Positions 40,887 through 52,349 of a stretch of 64,000 bases of DNA are shown piece after piece. Under the pieces are notes generated by a model. It worked only from the letters and a program-made list of their open reading frames with translations. It ran no database searches and was not told the origin of the DNA. The translations under genes were made by a program, and so were the position numbers. The DNA comes from an uncultured candidate division Zixibacteria bacterium (lineage in GTDB: Bacteria > Zixibacteria > MSB-5A5 > UBA10806 > 4484-95). The stretch lies in the NCBI GenBank assembly GCA_963668625.2, contig CAXXKA010000004.1, positions 32,001 to 96,000 of the forward strand. Reading direction: 5' to 3'. The stretch's first letter is position 1. Each line of letters opens with the position of its first letter.

Positions 40887-42214
40887 CACTACTGTCCCAA
40901 CGTTAGTTGAATAGTTTCAATTGGTTAGGGATTTCGGTTATAATTTCTTCCGTATCAATATCGCTAAGTCCTTGTTCTATAGGGATTTTCTCAAACAGGG
41001 TAACGCTTAAAATCTGTAGAATTTGATATAAGCTCGCTCTAAGATTTAAACGTTTCTTCACTATCGCTACCAGCACATAGATGCTGATTGCTATCCATAT
41101 CTGAGTCTTGACTGCATTGTCTGATAGCCCGAAAAACTTCTTTATCCTGAGATGGCTTTTAATCCATTTGAAGAACAGTTCCACCTGCCAACGACAGCGA
41201 TATAGTTCAGCAATTGTTATTGCCGGTAAATCAAAGTTATTGGTCAGAAAGATAAAGCGTTTGTCCAATATCTGATCAATATAACTTATGCGTCTGAGCT
41301 TCTCAGGATAATCTAATCCGGCATAATAACCTTTAAGCATAACCGTCTGGTCACTTCTTATTCCGGCTTTTACATTCTTGGGATGAGAGTAAAGGCGTCT
41401 GTAGTTGAAGTTCTTCTTGGCACGAGTTACAAAAAATGCCAGAGATTTGTGAATGCCGTATAGACGAGCATAATCTATATAAGCCTTGTCCAGAATATAA
41501 ATCGCGCCGGCTTCCACCATCAGATTATCCAGGATATTTACATCATGAACCTTTCCGGGAGTAACAATTACCATGCTGGGTATATTGCCGCGCAAATCCA
41601 GAAGAGTGTGCATCTTTATAGCTCCCTTCCTTCGCCTGAATTCAGCCCAGGGGAAAAGAGACAAACACAAATCGATGGTAGTCGAATCGAGAGCATAAAC
41701 AGTCTGCTCCAATTCCACTCCGAAAGGCTCGTTAACATACAACCCTCTGGCCGTGCTGATAAGTGTCCTGGTAAAATCCTCATAAATGCGATAATCCCTC
41801 ACCTCATTGGCATGAGCTAGAGTATTGCGTGATACTTTGCCTCTGATACCCATATGATAAAGCTTAACATGAGCCGCCCTCAGGCAAGCCTCGATATCCC
41901 GCAGACTCTCTCGGTAAGTAAGCTGAGCAAAAGCCATGCAAAGATATTGGTCCCAGCAGGAAAAGCTTTTGATCTTGTAATTGCCCCGGTAACGTCCCAC
42001 ACATTTGAGAAATTCGTATCTCGGGACAAAGTCCATAAGCTGCGATAAAAGAATCTTGCCTGAATGCATCAGCCATCTCCTTCCGAGTTCCCCCCTCGGA
42101 AGTATGGCTAAATCGGCTTTCCAAGTTCAAATCGAAAAATTCTATTTTTTGCTAAAATCCCTTGCCAGTTATCTACTTACAGCAACTCAAAAACAAAACG
42201 TTGGGACAGTAATG
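40887..42214 (-). mobile_element. IS4-family insertion sequence, copy A (1328 bp)
   Basis: IR cactactgtcccaacgtt / aacgttgggacagtaatg; 9-bp TSD gctggaatt. Confidence 0.95.
40903..42069 (-). CDS. IS4-family DDE transposase
   Basis: LDSTTIDL, DKAYID, YRCRWQVELFFKWIK (YREK-like). Confidence 0.95.
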   Translation of the reverse strand: MHSGKILLSQLMDFVPRYEFLKCVGRYRGNYKIKSFSCWDQYLCMAFAQLTYRESLRDIEACLRAAHVKLYHMGIRGKVSRNTLAHANEVRDYRIYEDFTRTLISTARGLYVNEPFGVELEQTVYALDSTTIDLCLSLFPWAEFRRRKGAIKMHTLLDLRGNIPSMVIVTPGKVHDVNILDNLMVEAGAIYILDKAYIDYARLYGIHKSLAFFVTRAKKNFNYRRLYSHPKNVKAGIRSDQTVMLKGYYAGLDYPEKLRRISYIDQILDKRFIFLTNNFDLPAITIAELYRCRWQVELFFKWIKSHLRIKKFFGLSDNAVKTQIWIAISIYVLVAIVKKRLNLRASLYQILQILSVTLFEKIPIEQGLSDIDTEEIITEIPNQLKLFN

Positions 42215-42820
42215 GCTGGAATTATAATTGCATTTATGAGAATGACATTTATGGATTCGAATCTGGAATAAATGACATCTTCCTTAATCCCTTGTTTGCC
42301 GATACCAGCCAGCATGATTACAGTCTGCAAGAGGGTTCCCCCTGCATTGATGCCGGTGATCCTGACTCCCCGCTCGATCCGGACTCGACACGGGTCGATA
42401 TCGGCGCGCTGTTTTACGATCAATCTGTCGGTATAGATGATGACGCTCAACCCTCGGGACCGTACGCTTACGCGCTTCAACAGAACTACCCCAATCCATT
42501 CAACGCCCAAACTACTATCAGCTACGAGTTACCGCATCAGGCCAACATCAGCCTGATAGTGTTCGATATCACCGGCAGGCTGGTTAAAACCATTATCGCC
42601 GAGGAGACACAATCATCCGGGCCGCACTCGGTAGTCTGGGATGGCACCGGCAATGATGGCAATCCCGTAGCCACCGCCATATATTTCTACAGGCTCTCTG
42701 TTGATGATTACTCAATCGTGAAGAGCATGATTGTGATAAAGTAGGTCAAGTGCACTTGGGACTTGACTAACCCGCATATAAAATAACAAACGTGAATTGC
42801 ATGAATTGGCTACTCTACCC

Positions 42821-42918
42821 CCTGGTTCCAAAGCGCCGCTTTGGAATCCCGAAGGCGCTGGCAACAAAAACAATACTGCGCAATCGGGCAGCGTTACGAA
42901 GCAGCGCTTCGTAACGAG
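42821..42918. repeat. REPIN at the start of tandem unit 3
   Basis: Same doublet; offset from unit 2 is 3052 = 1715 + 1328 + 9. Confidence 0.88.
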
Positions 42919-42944
42919 GAGAGAAATTCAAATTGCACGAATCG

Positions 42945-44459
42945 ATGAAAAAGCTAACAATAATTCCGTGGCTGGCAGACGTCCTCGTCTGCTGCATTCA
43001 TCGCCTCGTATTGACTGCTAAGGGGCACACGGGGACGTATGCCGCCCTCAGCATTGCACTAACAATCCTCCTGCTAACCTGCAGCATACAGGCAACGGTT
43101 ATAAATATACCCGATGATTACGAGACTATAAACGAGGGAATCGCCGCCAGTATTGATGGTGATACCGTGCTGGTCGCGCCGGGTGAATACGAAGAGATTA
43201 TCTCATTACAGGGAAAGAATATCCTTTTGACAAGCTCAAATGGTCCAAATGCTTCAATTATAGCAGGGGCTGTTTTGTTTGAGAACGGTGAGGACTCGAC
43301 ATGCGTTTTAAGAGGATTTAAAATAGTCGGTAATAGCGGCTACAGTGGTGTCCAATGTAATAACACTTCACCAATTATAGAGGGTAATATAATTACCAGA
43401 CATATCGGATTAGCATGTTCTGGAGTTTCGATACGAAATAGCAATTGTATTATAAGAGATAACATTATAAGTGATAACCATAACACGCAATATGGTGGTG
43501 GAATATATATAGATGGCAACGGTTCGATAATAACCAGAAATTTAATACAGGATAATGAGGTGTACCAGTATCTTGGTTATGGTGGAGGGATATTCCTTCA
43601 AGGTACAGCAAGTATTAGTTACAATCTGTTAATAAATAATGTTGCGGTTGGAGGACCTGCAGGAGCTGAGGGCATAGGAGGAGGTATTTATAGGGCAAGT
43701 ATAAATGATACCCTTGGTGGAACGACCTATATAGGCAACAATACCTTTGTAGGCAATGAAGCATGGGCTTATGGTAGTGATTGCGGCAACGGTGGAGGTA
43801 TATATTTTTTTACACATCTTGACCAATATAATGACTCGCTTATCATCATAAATAATTTATATGCTTTTAACTATTCTGATGGGGCGGGTAGTGCTGCACG
43901 TGGATTCAGTAATGATTCCATGTATCTTAATTGGAATTATAATTGTATTTTTCAGAACAATATTAGTGGCTTTGAATCTGGGTTAAATGACATCTTCCTT
44001 GATCCCCTATTTGCCGATACCAGCCAGCATGATTACAGTCTGCAAGAGGGTTCCCCCTGCATTGATGCCGGTGATCCTGACTCCCCGCTCGATCCTGACT
44101 CGACACGGGTCGATATCGGCGCGCTGTTTTACGATCAATCTGTCGGTATAGATGATGACGCTCAACCCTCGGGACCGTACGCTTACGCCTTGAAGCAGAA
44201 CTACCCCAATCCATTCAACGCCCAAACTACTATCAGCTACGAGTTACCGCATCAGGCCAACATCAGCCTGATAGTGTTCGATATCACCGGCAGGCTGGTT
44301 AAAACCATTATCGCCGATGAGACGCAATCATCCGGGCCGCACTGGGTAGTCTGGGATGGCACCGGCAATGATGGCAACCCCGTAGCCACCGCCATATATT
44401 TCTACAGGCTCTCTGTTGATGATCACTCAATCGTGAAGAGCATGATTGTGATAAAGTAA
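42945..44459 (+). CDS. Secreted beta-helix protein with FlgD/T9SS-type tail, copy 3 (divergent centre)
   Basis: N- and C-terminal thirds near-identical to copy 1; about 43397-43985 diverged. Confidence 0.88.
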   Translation: MKKLTIIPWLADVLVCCIHRLVLTAKGHTGTYAALSIALTILLLTCSIQATVINIPDDYETINEGIAASIDGDTVLVAPGEYEEIISLQGKNILLTSSNGPNASIIAGAVLFENGEDSTCVLRGFKIVGNSGYSGVQCNNTSPIIEGNIITRHIGLACSGVSIRNSNCIIRDNIISDNHNTQYGGGIYIDGNGSIITRNLIQDNEVYQYLGYGGGIFLQGTASISYNLLINNVAVGGPAGAEGIGGGIYRASINDTLGGTTYIGNNTFVGNEAWAYGSDCGNGGGIYFFTHLDQYNDSLIIINNLYAFNYSDGAGSAARGFSNDSMYLNWNYNCIFQNNISGFESGLNDIFLDPLFADTSQHDYSLQEGSPCIDAGDPDSPLDPDSTRVDIGALFYDQSVGIDDDAQPSGPYAYALKQNYPNPFNAQTTISYELPHQANISLIVFDITGRLVKTIIADETQSSGPHWVVWDGTGNDGNPVATAIYFYRLSVDDHSIVKSMIVIK

Positions 44460-44503
44460 CGCTTGCATTTTAAAGATACGCCTTATTCCATAACTTCAAC
44501 GAC

Positions 44504-44671
44504 GACTAAAATGTTTTAAGATGAATACAATACATCTGTCTCTCCTTCGGAGGCAGGGATCCAGTACGGCCTATTTTCTTTAAATGCCCCAGCCTATACT
44601 CGTACTATAATACTCGAAACTGGAGTTTCTCTGGCAATCGTGTTTCCAAACGGAGTTTTGGAACAAGGAAA
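44504..44671 (+). repeat. Diverged direct repeat of 36546-36714
   Basis: Shared gact.aaatgtttt...tctgtc..ccttcggagg.aggga.ccagtacggcct...ctcgaaactggagtttctc...aaacggagttt.ggaacaaggaaa. Confidence 0.8.
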
Positions 44672-44750
44672 GAACCCGGGACAGGAATGTCCCGGCTCTT
44701 AAATGGTTGATGTGGATATAAATTGATGAAACGTCTTATTCATCCCCCAC

Positions 44751-44778
44751 AAAAAAACCCGGCTTTGCAACCGGGTTT
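44751..44778 (-). terminator. atp operon terminator
   Basis: aaacccgg-ttgcaaag-ccgggttt plus T-run on the minus strand. Confidence 0.8.
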
Positions 44779-44812
44779 GAATTGTCATTATCTAAATAAG
44801 AATCGAGCGTGA

Positions 44813-45210
44813 CTAGCCTCTGGCCATCTTCTGACGCCATAAAGCTCGTTTCAAAGCGAACTCCGCCCGGGCATCATCGATCTCGGCTTTGGCCCGCTGC
44901 TCCAAACGCTCGCGTGCGCGCTGTTCGGCAGCTTTCGCCCTATCGATATCGATATTCTCGGGCTTTTCGATAGCATCCGCCAGAATAGTAGCGACATTGT
45001 TCGATACCTCGAGAAATCCACCAGAGATAAAGTACTCGGTTTCGTTACCGTCGGCATCCTTGATTTCAAGCTTACCCGAGTCGAGGGGAGTAATTAACGG
45101 CGCGTGATTGGTAAGCACGCCGAGATAGCCCTCGATTCCGGGGGCAACTATGGAGGTGACATCCTGCTCGAATGCGACTTTCTCGGGTGTAACGGCCGAT
45201 AACTTATACA

Positions 45211-45211
<1 letters not shown>
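44813..45211 (-). CDS. atpC: ATP synthase epsilon
   Basis: VTPEK, GYLGVLTNHAPLIT, SGGFLEV. Confidence 0.95.
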
Positions 45212-46665
<1,454 letters not shown>

Positions 46666-46712
46666 TTATTATCAAATTACCCAAGTTAGTTCAAGTATCA
46701 ATTCAAACCAGC

Positions 46713-47579
46713 TTAGCCTTTTAATGCCTCGGCGCCGCCCACAATGTCCAGAAGTTCCGTGGTAATTGCGGACTGACGCAGCTTATTACGCACGAGTGTC
46801 AGGCTGTCTATCATATCCCTGGCGTTGGTGGTCGCATTGTTCATAGCGATCATACGCGAACCGAATTCGGAGGCAAACGCCTCTAACAACGCTTGAAGGA
46901 TTTTAGTCAAACAGTAACGTGGTACTAAGCTCGAGAATATCGCCTCTGCTGATGGCTCGAAGATATACTGCGAGGGTTCACCCTCTGTAACACTTTCAGT
47001 ATTAATCTTCTCGATAGGCAAGAATTTCTCCAGGGTGAGATTATATTTCGTAGTCGAGACAAACTGAGTATAAAGCAATTTGACCTCATCATACTGCCCT
47101 GATACGAACCCATTAGTTATATCGTTTGCCAGATTTCTAACCATCTGCATATCGGCAACACCGCCGGTCTGGGGAATCTTGAACGCAATTGGATAGGGTT
47201 GTTTCTTAAAGAAATCGACTGCTTTTTTACCGACCAGCCCCAGTTTCACCTGATCCTGCGGAGTCTCCCTGAGATACCTTGCGGCAGCCCTGAGAACATT
47301 CGAGTTATAGGATCCGCAGAAACCGCGGTCGGCGGCAACAACCACCAATAGTTGGGAGTCAACCTTCCTCTCCTCGAAGAGGGGATGATTCAAGCTGGCC
47401 GCGGCTCCCGCCAACGACTCCAGCATTTGTTGCATCTTAAGGCCATATGGCCTGGCCGATTCTACACGTTGCTGGGCTCGACGTAACTTGGCCGCCGCCA
47501 CCATCTCCATGGCTTTGGTGATCTGCTGAGTCGACTCAACCGATTTGATTCTTCTTTTTAACTCTCGAAGTGATGCCAA
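46713..47579 (-). CDS. atpG: ATP synthase gamma
   Basis: QITKAMEMVAAAK, DRGFCGSYN, RQSAITTELLDIVGG. Confidence 0.97.
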   Translation of the reverse strand: MASLRELKRRIKSVESTQQITKAMEMVAAAKLRRAQQRVESARPYGLKMQQMLESLAGAAASLNHPLFEERKVDSQLLVVVAADRGFCGSYNSNVLRAAARYLRETPQDQVKLGLVGKKAVDFFKKQPYPIAFKIPQTGGVADMQMVRNLANDITNGFVSGQYDEVKLLYTQFVSTTKYNLTLEKFLPIEKINTESVTEGEPSQYIFEPSAEAIFSSLVPRYCLTKILQALLEAFASEFGSRMIAMNNATTNARDMIDSLTLVRNKLRQSAITTELLDIVGGAEALKG

Positions 47580-47625
47580 AGCTATCCAATCCTTTTCTCA
47601 GCCATTTAGCTATTGAAAACTTATT

Positions 47626-49140
47626 CTAAAGCTTGGCTTTAAATTCCGCTTTAAATTTTTCAGCGGCTTCTTTCAATTTGTTTTCGAGCGTATCATCGAT
47701 GATTTTCTTGGTCTTGATATCGTGACCGACATCCGGGAATTCCTTCTCCATTAACTGGAGGTAATCCTTCTCGGCTTCTCTGACCATATCGATCGGGACA
47801 TGATCAAAATGACCTTTACTGGCCATCCACAATACCATTACCTGTTTCTCCATCGCCATGGGCTCGTACTGACCTTGCTTCAATATCTCCTCGGATACTT
47901 TACCACGAGTAAGCTGTCTCTGTGTGGAGGCATCCAGATCGGAGCCGAACTGGGCGAACGCTTTTAATTCGCGATACTGCGCCAAATCCAAACGAAGAGA
48001 TCCCGCAACCTGGCGGAAAGCTTTTGTCTGGGCGTTACCGCCTACACGAGACACCGAGATACCGGCGTTAACCGCGGGACGGAAACCGGCGTAGAACAGA
48101 TCGGATTCCAAAAATATCTGACCATCAGTAATTGAAATAACGTTGGTCGGGATATATGCCGAAACGTCACCAGCCTGAGTTTCGATGACCGGCAAAGCGG
48201 TTAGCGAACCACCACCCAACTGGTCGTTCATCTTGGCGGCTCTCTCCAGCAAGCGCGAGTGCAGATAGAACACGTCACCCGGATAAGCCTCACGGCCCGG
48301 AGGACGGCGCACTAACAGGGAAAGCTGACGATAAGCAACGGCGTGCTTGGATAAATCGTCATATATGCAAAGCGCATGTTTGCCGTTATCTCTGAGATAT
48401 TCTCCCATTGCGCAGCCTGAGTAGGGAGCTATAAACTGCATCGGCGCCGGATCTGTGGCCGAGGCCACGATAACCGTGGTATATTCCATAGCGCCGTGAT
48501 CTTCTAAAATTTTTACTACCTGCGCCACGGTCGATGCTTTCTGACCGATCGCGACGTAGAAACAATAGATATCCGAGTCACGCTGGTTAATAATCGTGTC
48601 AATTGCCAGGGCGGTTTTACCGGTCTGACGGTCACCAATGATGAGCTCGCGCTGTCCGCGGCCAATCGGAATCATCGAGTCGATCGATTTCAAACCTGTC
48701 TGTACTGGTTCTTTCACCGGTTGACGGGCGACGACGCCGGGAGCAATCTGCTCGATAGGCATGTACTCATCCGTGGCGATCGGACCTTTACCGTCCAAGG
48801 GCTGACCAAGAGGATTAACGACTCTCCCGACCAGAGCATCACCAACCGGTACGCGGGCAACCGCGCCGGTTCTGCGAACAGTATCACCTTCCTTGATATC
48901 CGAATCGGGGCCGAAAAGCGCGGCAGATACCGAATCTTCCTCGAGGTTTAAGACAATACCGATAATATCGCCGGGAAATTGTAGAAGCTCGGACATCATG
49001 GCATCCTCAAGACCCCAGATACGAGCAATACCATCACCAACCTGCAGAATCGTCCCAACGGATTCCATCTCCAATTTAGTTTGGTATTTTTCGATCTCTT
49101 TCTGTAGAATTGAGCTTACTTCTTCAGGGCGGAAAGCCAT
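47626..49140 (-). CDS. atpA: ATP synthase alpha
   Basis: [31 protein letters not shown]. Confidence 0.98.
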   Translation of the reverse strand: MAFRPEEVSSILQKEIEKYQTKLEMESVGTILQVGDGIARIWGLEDAMMSELLQFPGDIIGIVLNLEEDSVSAALFGPDSDIKEGDTVRRTGAVARVPVGDALVGRVVNPLGQPLDGKGPIATDEYMPIEQIAPGVVARQPVKEPVQTGLKSIDSMIPIGRGQRELIIGDRQTGKTALAIDTIINQRDSDIYCFYVAIGQKASTVAQVVKILEDHGAMEYTTVIVASATDPAPMQFIAPYSGCAMGEYLRDNGKHALCIYDDLSKHAVAYRQLSLLVRRPPGREAYPGDVFYLHSRLLERAAKMNDQLGGGSLTALPVIETQAGDVSAYIPTNVISITDGQIFLESDLFYAGFRPAVNAGISVSRVGGNAQTKAFRQVAGSLRLDLAQYRELKAFAQFGSDLDASTQRQLTRGKVSEEILKQGQYEPMAMEKQVMVLWMASKGHFDHVPIDMVREAEKDYLQLMEKEFPDVGHDIKTKKIIDDTLENKLKEAAEKFKAEFKAKL

Positions 49141-49152
49141 AACGCACCTCTA

Positions 49153-49701
49153 TTAATGAACCTTAACTTTCGCTAAGTTCTGTCTCAATACTGTTAATTG
49201 TTGTCTCACCGAACGGTCGATTACCCGGTTGTGCAGATAGACTATTATCCCACCGAGAATAGACTTATCGATTTTATGTATTATCTCGATTTTCTTGCCT
49301 GTCATCGTCTCTAGCTTGGCTTGAAGACGCTTTTTGTAGTCCTCGCTCAAATCTACGGCGGTGACCACGCGAGTTTTGATAATCCCCTGGTAATCCTCCA
49401 GGAGCTTCTCGAACTCATCAGCGATCGTAGGCAGCAGGCCGACTCTGTGTTTGTCCAGAAGCAGTCTCAGGAACAACAGCAGACGAGGCGCGAGCCTGGT
49501 CGTGAACAGTTCCTCGAGGAGTTTCAGCTTCTGATCGTCCGGCACCTGCGGCGCTTCCAGAAAATTGAGGAAACGCTTGTCCTTGGCGGCAAAGTTCTTG
49601 AGCTGACTGACATCCGTGGCAATAATCTCGAGATTGCCGCTGTCTAAGGCGGTTTTAAATAGCGCCAGAGCGTATCTTCGAGCTACCTTGGTCTCAATCA
49701 T
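49153..49701 (-). CDS. atpH: ATP synthase delta
   Basis: VARRYALALF, IDKSILGG. Confidence 0.95.
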   Translation of the reverse strand: MIETKVARRYALALFKTALDSGNLEIIATDVSQLKNFAAKDKRFLNFLEAPQVPDDQKLKLLEELFTTRLAPRLLLFLRLLLDKHRVGLLPTIADEFEKLLEDYQGIIKTRVVTAVDLSEDYKKRLQAKLETMTGKKIEIIHKIDKSILGGIIVYLHNRVIDRSVRQQLTVLRQNLAKVKVH

Positions 49702-50201
49702 TTGACATCTTCCACTTCATCGAGGAAATTACTGATCAGGCTGCGATGTTTGTCGTCATCTAGCTTCTCATTAATAATCTTTTCAGTAGCGAACAATGCC
49801 ATGTTGACCATATCATCGCGAAGCTCCATCTTGGCTTTGGCAACATCACGCGCCAACTCCTCACGGGCTTTCGAGATAATATCTTTGGCCTCTGCTCTGG
49901 CCTGTTCCCTGATCTCGGTAGCGACTTTGTTACCATCGGCAACGGCGTCCTGTATTTTGACCCGAGCTTCAGCCTCGATATCTTTCAACTTGGCCTGGTA
50001 CTCGCCCAGCAAGTTCTCGGCATCGATTTTAGTCTGCTCGGCATCATCGAGATCGGTTTTGATTTTCACCCGCCGCTGTTCAAGCATGCCCAAAAGCGGT
50101 TTCCAGGCAAATTTCTTGAGTATCCAGACGGCAATTAAAAATCCAAGAATTTGAGTTAGCAACTCGGGGAATTTAATCCCGAGCGCGTCCAGGATTCCCA
50201 T
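49698..50201 (-). CDS. atpF: ATP synthase b
   Basis: N-terminal TM, KFAWKPLL..LEQR, coiled coil. Confidence 0.95.
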   Translation of the reverse strand: MGILDALGIKFPELLTQILGFLIAVWILKKFAWKPLLGMLEQRRVKIKTDLDDAEQTKIDAENLLGEYQAKLKDIEAEARVKIQDAVADGNKVATEIREQARAEAKDIISKAREELARDVAKAKMELRDDMVNMALFATEKIINEKLDDDKHRSLISNFLDEVEDVK

Positions 50202-50241
50202 AGATCCTCCTCCGGGTTAAAATGTTTTTCCCGGTTATCTA

Positions 50242-50466
50242 TTAACCCTTGAGGAGAATAACCGCAACTAACGCATAGATTGTTAACGCTTCAATGAACG
50301 CAGCACCAATAATCATACCGGTCTGAATCTTACCGGCGGCTTCCGGCTGACGGCCCATAGCTTCCATAGCCATGCCAACAGCCTTACCAAGACCTAAACC
50401 CGAGCCAATAGCCGCGATGGCCACTGTTAACGGAAGTAAAAATCCTAGTGCAGTTGCTTGATCCAC
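50242..50466 (-). CDS. atpE: ATP synthase c (H+-type)
   Basis: GxGxG, RQPE, FIEAL. Confidence 0.96.
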   Translation of the reverse strand: MDQATALGFLLPLTVAIAAIGSGLGLGKAVGMAMEAMGRQPEAAGKIQTGMIIGAAFIEALTIYALVAVILLKG

Positions 50467-50501
50467 TTGTTCCTCCTAACAAATTAATTATTTAAAGTAA
50501 T

Positions 50502-51452
50502 TTAATGATGTTCAGCTTCCTCATGATGTGATGTCATGAGCGAAAAGTAAATTGTCGATAGTAACGTAAACACCAGGGCCTGTACGAAACTCGTCAGTAA
50601 TGCCAGGAAAATAAACGGTAGCTGCAATGGCACGCCCGGCAGCCACGAGGGCAAAAAGCCTGATGTTATAAGTATACCTAAGCCGGCGAAAATCGCTAGA
50701 AGCATATCCTCACCGGAGATATTTCCGAATAAACGAAGTGACAGCGAAATCGGCTTGGCCAATTCGCCAATTATGTGAAGCGGCAGGTTCAGCGGCACCA
50801 GCGCCCACTCGACACCCGATTTCGGTGAACCGGCCAGGTGATGCAGATAACCACCTACCCCCTGTACCCTGATACCCTCGAACTGCACATACAAGAAAAC
50901 GCAGATGGCAAGAGCAAGCGTGGTATTAAGCTTCGAGGTCGAGGAGAACATTCCGGGGAATAATCCTAAAATATTCATGGCAAAAATATAAACGAATAGG
51001 GTGCCTAAAAATGGCACGTAACGTTTACCTCCCTCGCCGATAATTCCGCAGACCAGGTTGTTCAACGCCTCAACGCAGAACTCCATGAAATTCTGCAACG
51101 GGCCCGGGATTAATGTGCGTTTGGAGTAGACTCTTATAGCGAAATACGATAAGAGCAACCAGACCACAGCCGAGAAAATCGGCACATGCCAGGCCATCAG
51201 GAAATCGGTAACGTTGCCGGGGAATAGCTTATGCGCCAGCTCAATCCAGTTAGGCAGCTCGGGATGTCCGCCACCATGTTCGGCGGCATGTCCGGCTGCG
51301 GCGTGAAGAGTATCGGCGGCGTGATGTCCGACCTCCGCGGCGTGTTCACCGACTGTCTGCAACGTGTCTTTGGCGTGCTCGGTCGCCTCGTGTGCATGCT
51401 CCTGCGTTGCGACTATCGCATTATTTAGAAGAATCGCTACTTTTTCGATCAT
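50502..51452 (-). CDS. atpB: ATP synthase a with His-rich N-terminal extension
   Basis: SLSLRLFGN, QALVFTLLS. Confidence 0.95.
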   Translation of the reverse strand: MIEKVAILLNNAIVATQEHAHEATEHAKDTLQTVGEHAAEVGHHAADTLHAAAGHAAEHGGGHPELPNWIELAHKLFPGNVTDFLMAWHVPIFSAVVWLLLSYFAIRVYSKRTLIPGPLQNFMEFCVEALNNLVCGIIGEGGKRYVPFLGTLFVYIFAMNILGLFPGMFSSTSKLNTTLALAICVFLYVQFEGIRVQGVGGYLHHLAGSPKSGVEWALVPLNLPLHIIGELAKPISLSLRLFGNISGEDMLLAIFAGLGILITSGFLPSWLPGVPLQLPFIFLALLTSFVQALVFTLLSTIYFSLMTSHHEEAEHH

Positions 51453-51841
51453 AATGCTTTCACCTGTGTTTTATTGGTGTCAAGTTTCAGTAAGTGACGG
51501 CTTAACACCTTGAGAACCGTTACTATCATTATTGATGAAAAACCCCAGACCAGACCATAGATCGGGGGGTATGACCACTTAACAAGTAAATATCCTAAGA
51601 CATAAATTATCGGAAATTTAACGAAAATAAACGAGAGTATCAGCAAAACGCTCTTATCCCCCGGCTTGATGGCCTGCGTAACCAGCATCTTGATGGCAAA
51701 CAAATTCAGACATCCCCACGAAGCGCCCAGCGCGAAAGCCACGCCGAAAGGTATACCGATATATACCGCTAAAAACGGGAAAGCGATCCCAGCTAGTATC
51801 AATGATGTTTTGATTATTCGATTAACGAAATCCAGACTCAT
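51449..51841 (-). CDS. atpI: ATP synthase protein I
   Basis: Four TM helices; operon position. Confidence 0.75.
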   Translation of the reverse strand: MSLDFVNRIIKTSLILAGIAFPFLAVYIGIPFGVAFALGASWGCLNLFAIKMLVTQAIKPGDKSVLLILSFIFVKFPIIYVLGYLLVKWSYPPIYGLVWGFSSIMIVTVLKVLSRHLLKLDTNKTQVKAL

Positions 51842-52062
51842 TTAGGTTTCCCGGAGGTTTGCTTTATTAAGTTGTAAACTTCCTTGCCGGCCGCGGCAAA
51901 TCCCAGCGCCAGACCGACTATTTTCAAGATGTTGCCCGTACCGAATTTTCCATCCAGCCAACCGCCGCCATAATAGCCAAGCAGCGGCGCCACGACAAGC
52001 ATTACGGGAATCACTGTGGCGATAGCCAACTGGCGATAGCCGGAATATTTATCGTTATCCAT
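51838..52062 (-). CDS. AtpZ/AtpI-family small membrane protein
   Basis: G..GGWLDGKFGT motif; first gene of the atp operon. Confidence 0.8.
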   Translation of the reverse strand: MDNDKYSGYRQLAIATVIPVMLVVAPLLGYYGGGWLDGKFGTGNILKIVGLALGFAAAGKEVYNLIKQTSGKPK

Positions 52063-52349
52063 TTATCCGCCATTCGAAACTTTGCTTAATTAACCAATTC
52101 TAATCATTCAGTCAAGTTTTTTTTGCGATTTTTTTCACATGTTGCTAATAATATAAGAATATCTAATTGGAAATCCGCCTGCTCCAATTGACCTTTTATT
52201 AATCAGTTAGAGCTATAGTAATCATAGACATGATGGCTTAACATTGAATAATATATAGACAGTCATTAGTTTCTCGAAACTTTATACAATTAGAAATAAT
52301 TGTTTATACAACATCCATTATTTAAACATCGATTTGAAAGGAGTAAAAA

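Larger units (their letters stand above)
39893..42744 (+). pseudogene. Beta-helix protein copy 2, interrupted by IS4
   Basis: Essentially identical to copy 1 on both sides of the IS at 40887-42214. Confidence 0.92.

Noticed and set aside
38622-43990. Diversity-generating retroelement acting on the beta-helix genes
   Set aside because: Differences involve all four bases and many synonymous sites over about 590 bp; no reverse transcriptase in the window
50242-50466. Na+-translocating ATP synthase
   Set aside because: The c subunit has EAL rather than ES/ET and lacks the Gln of the Na+-binding signature
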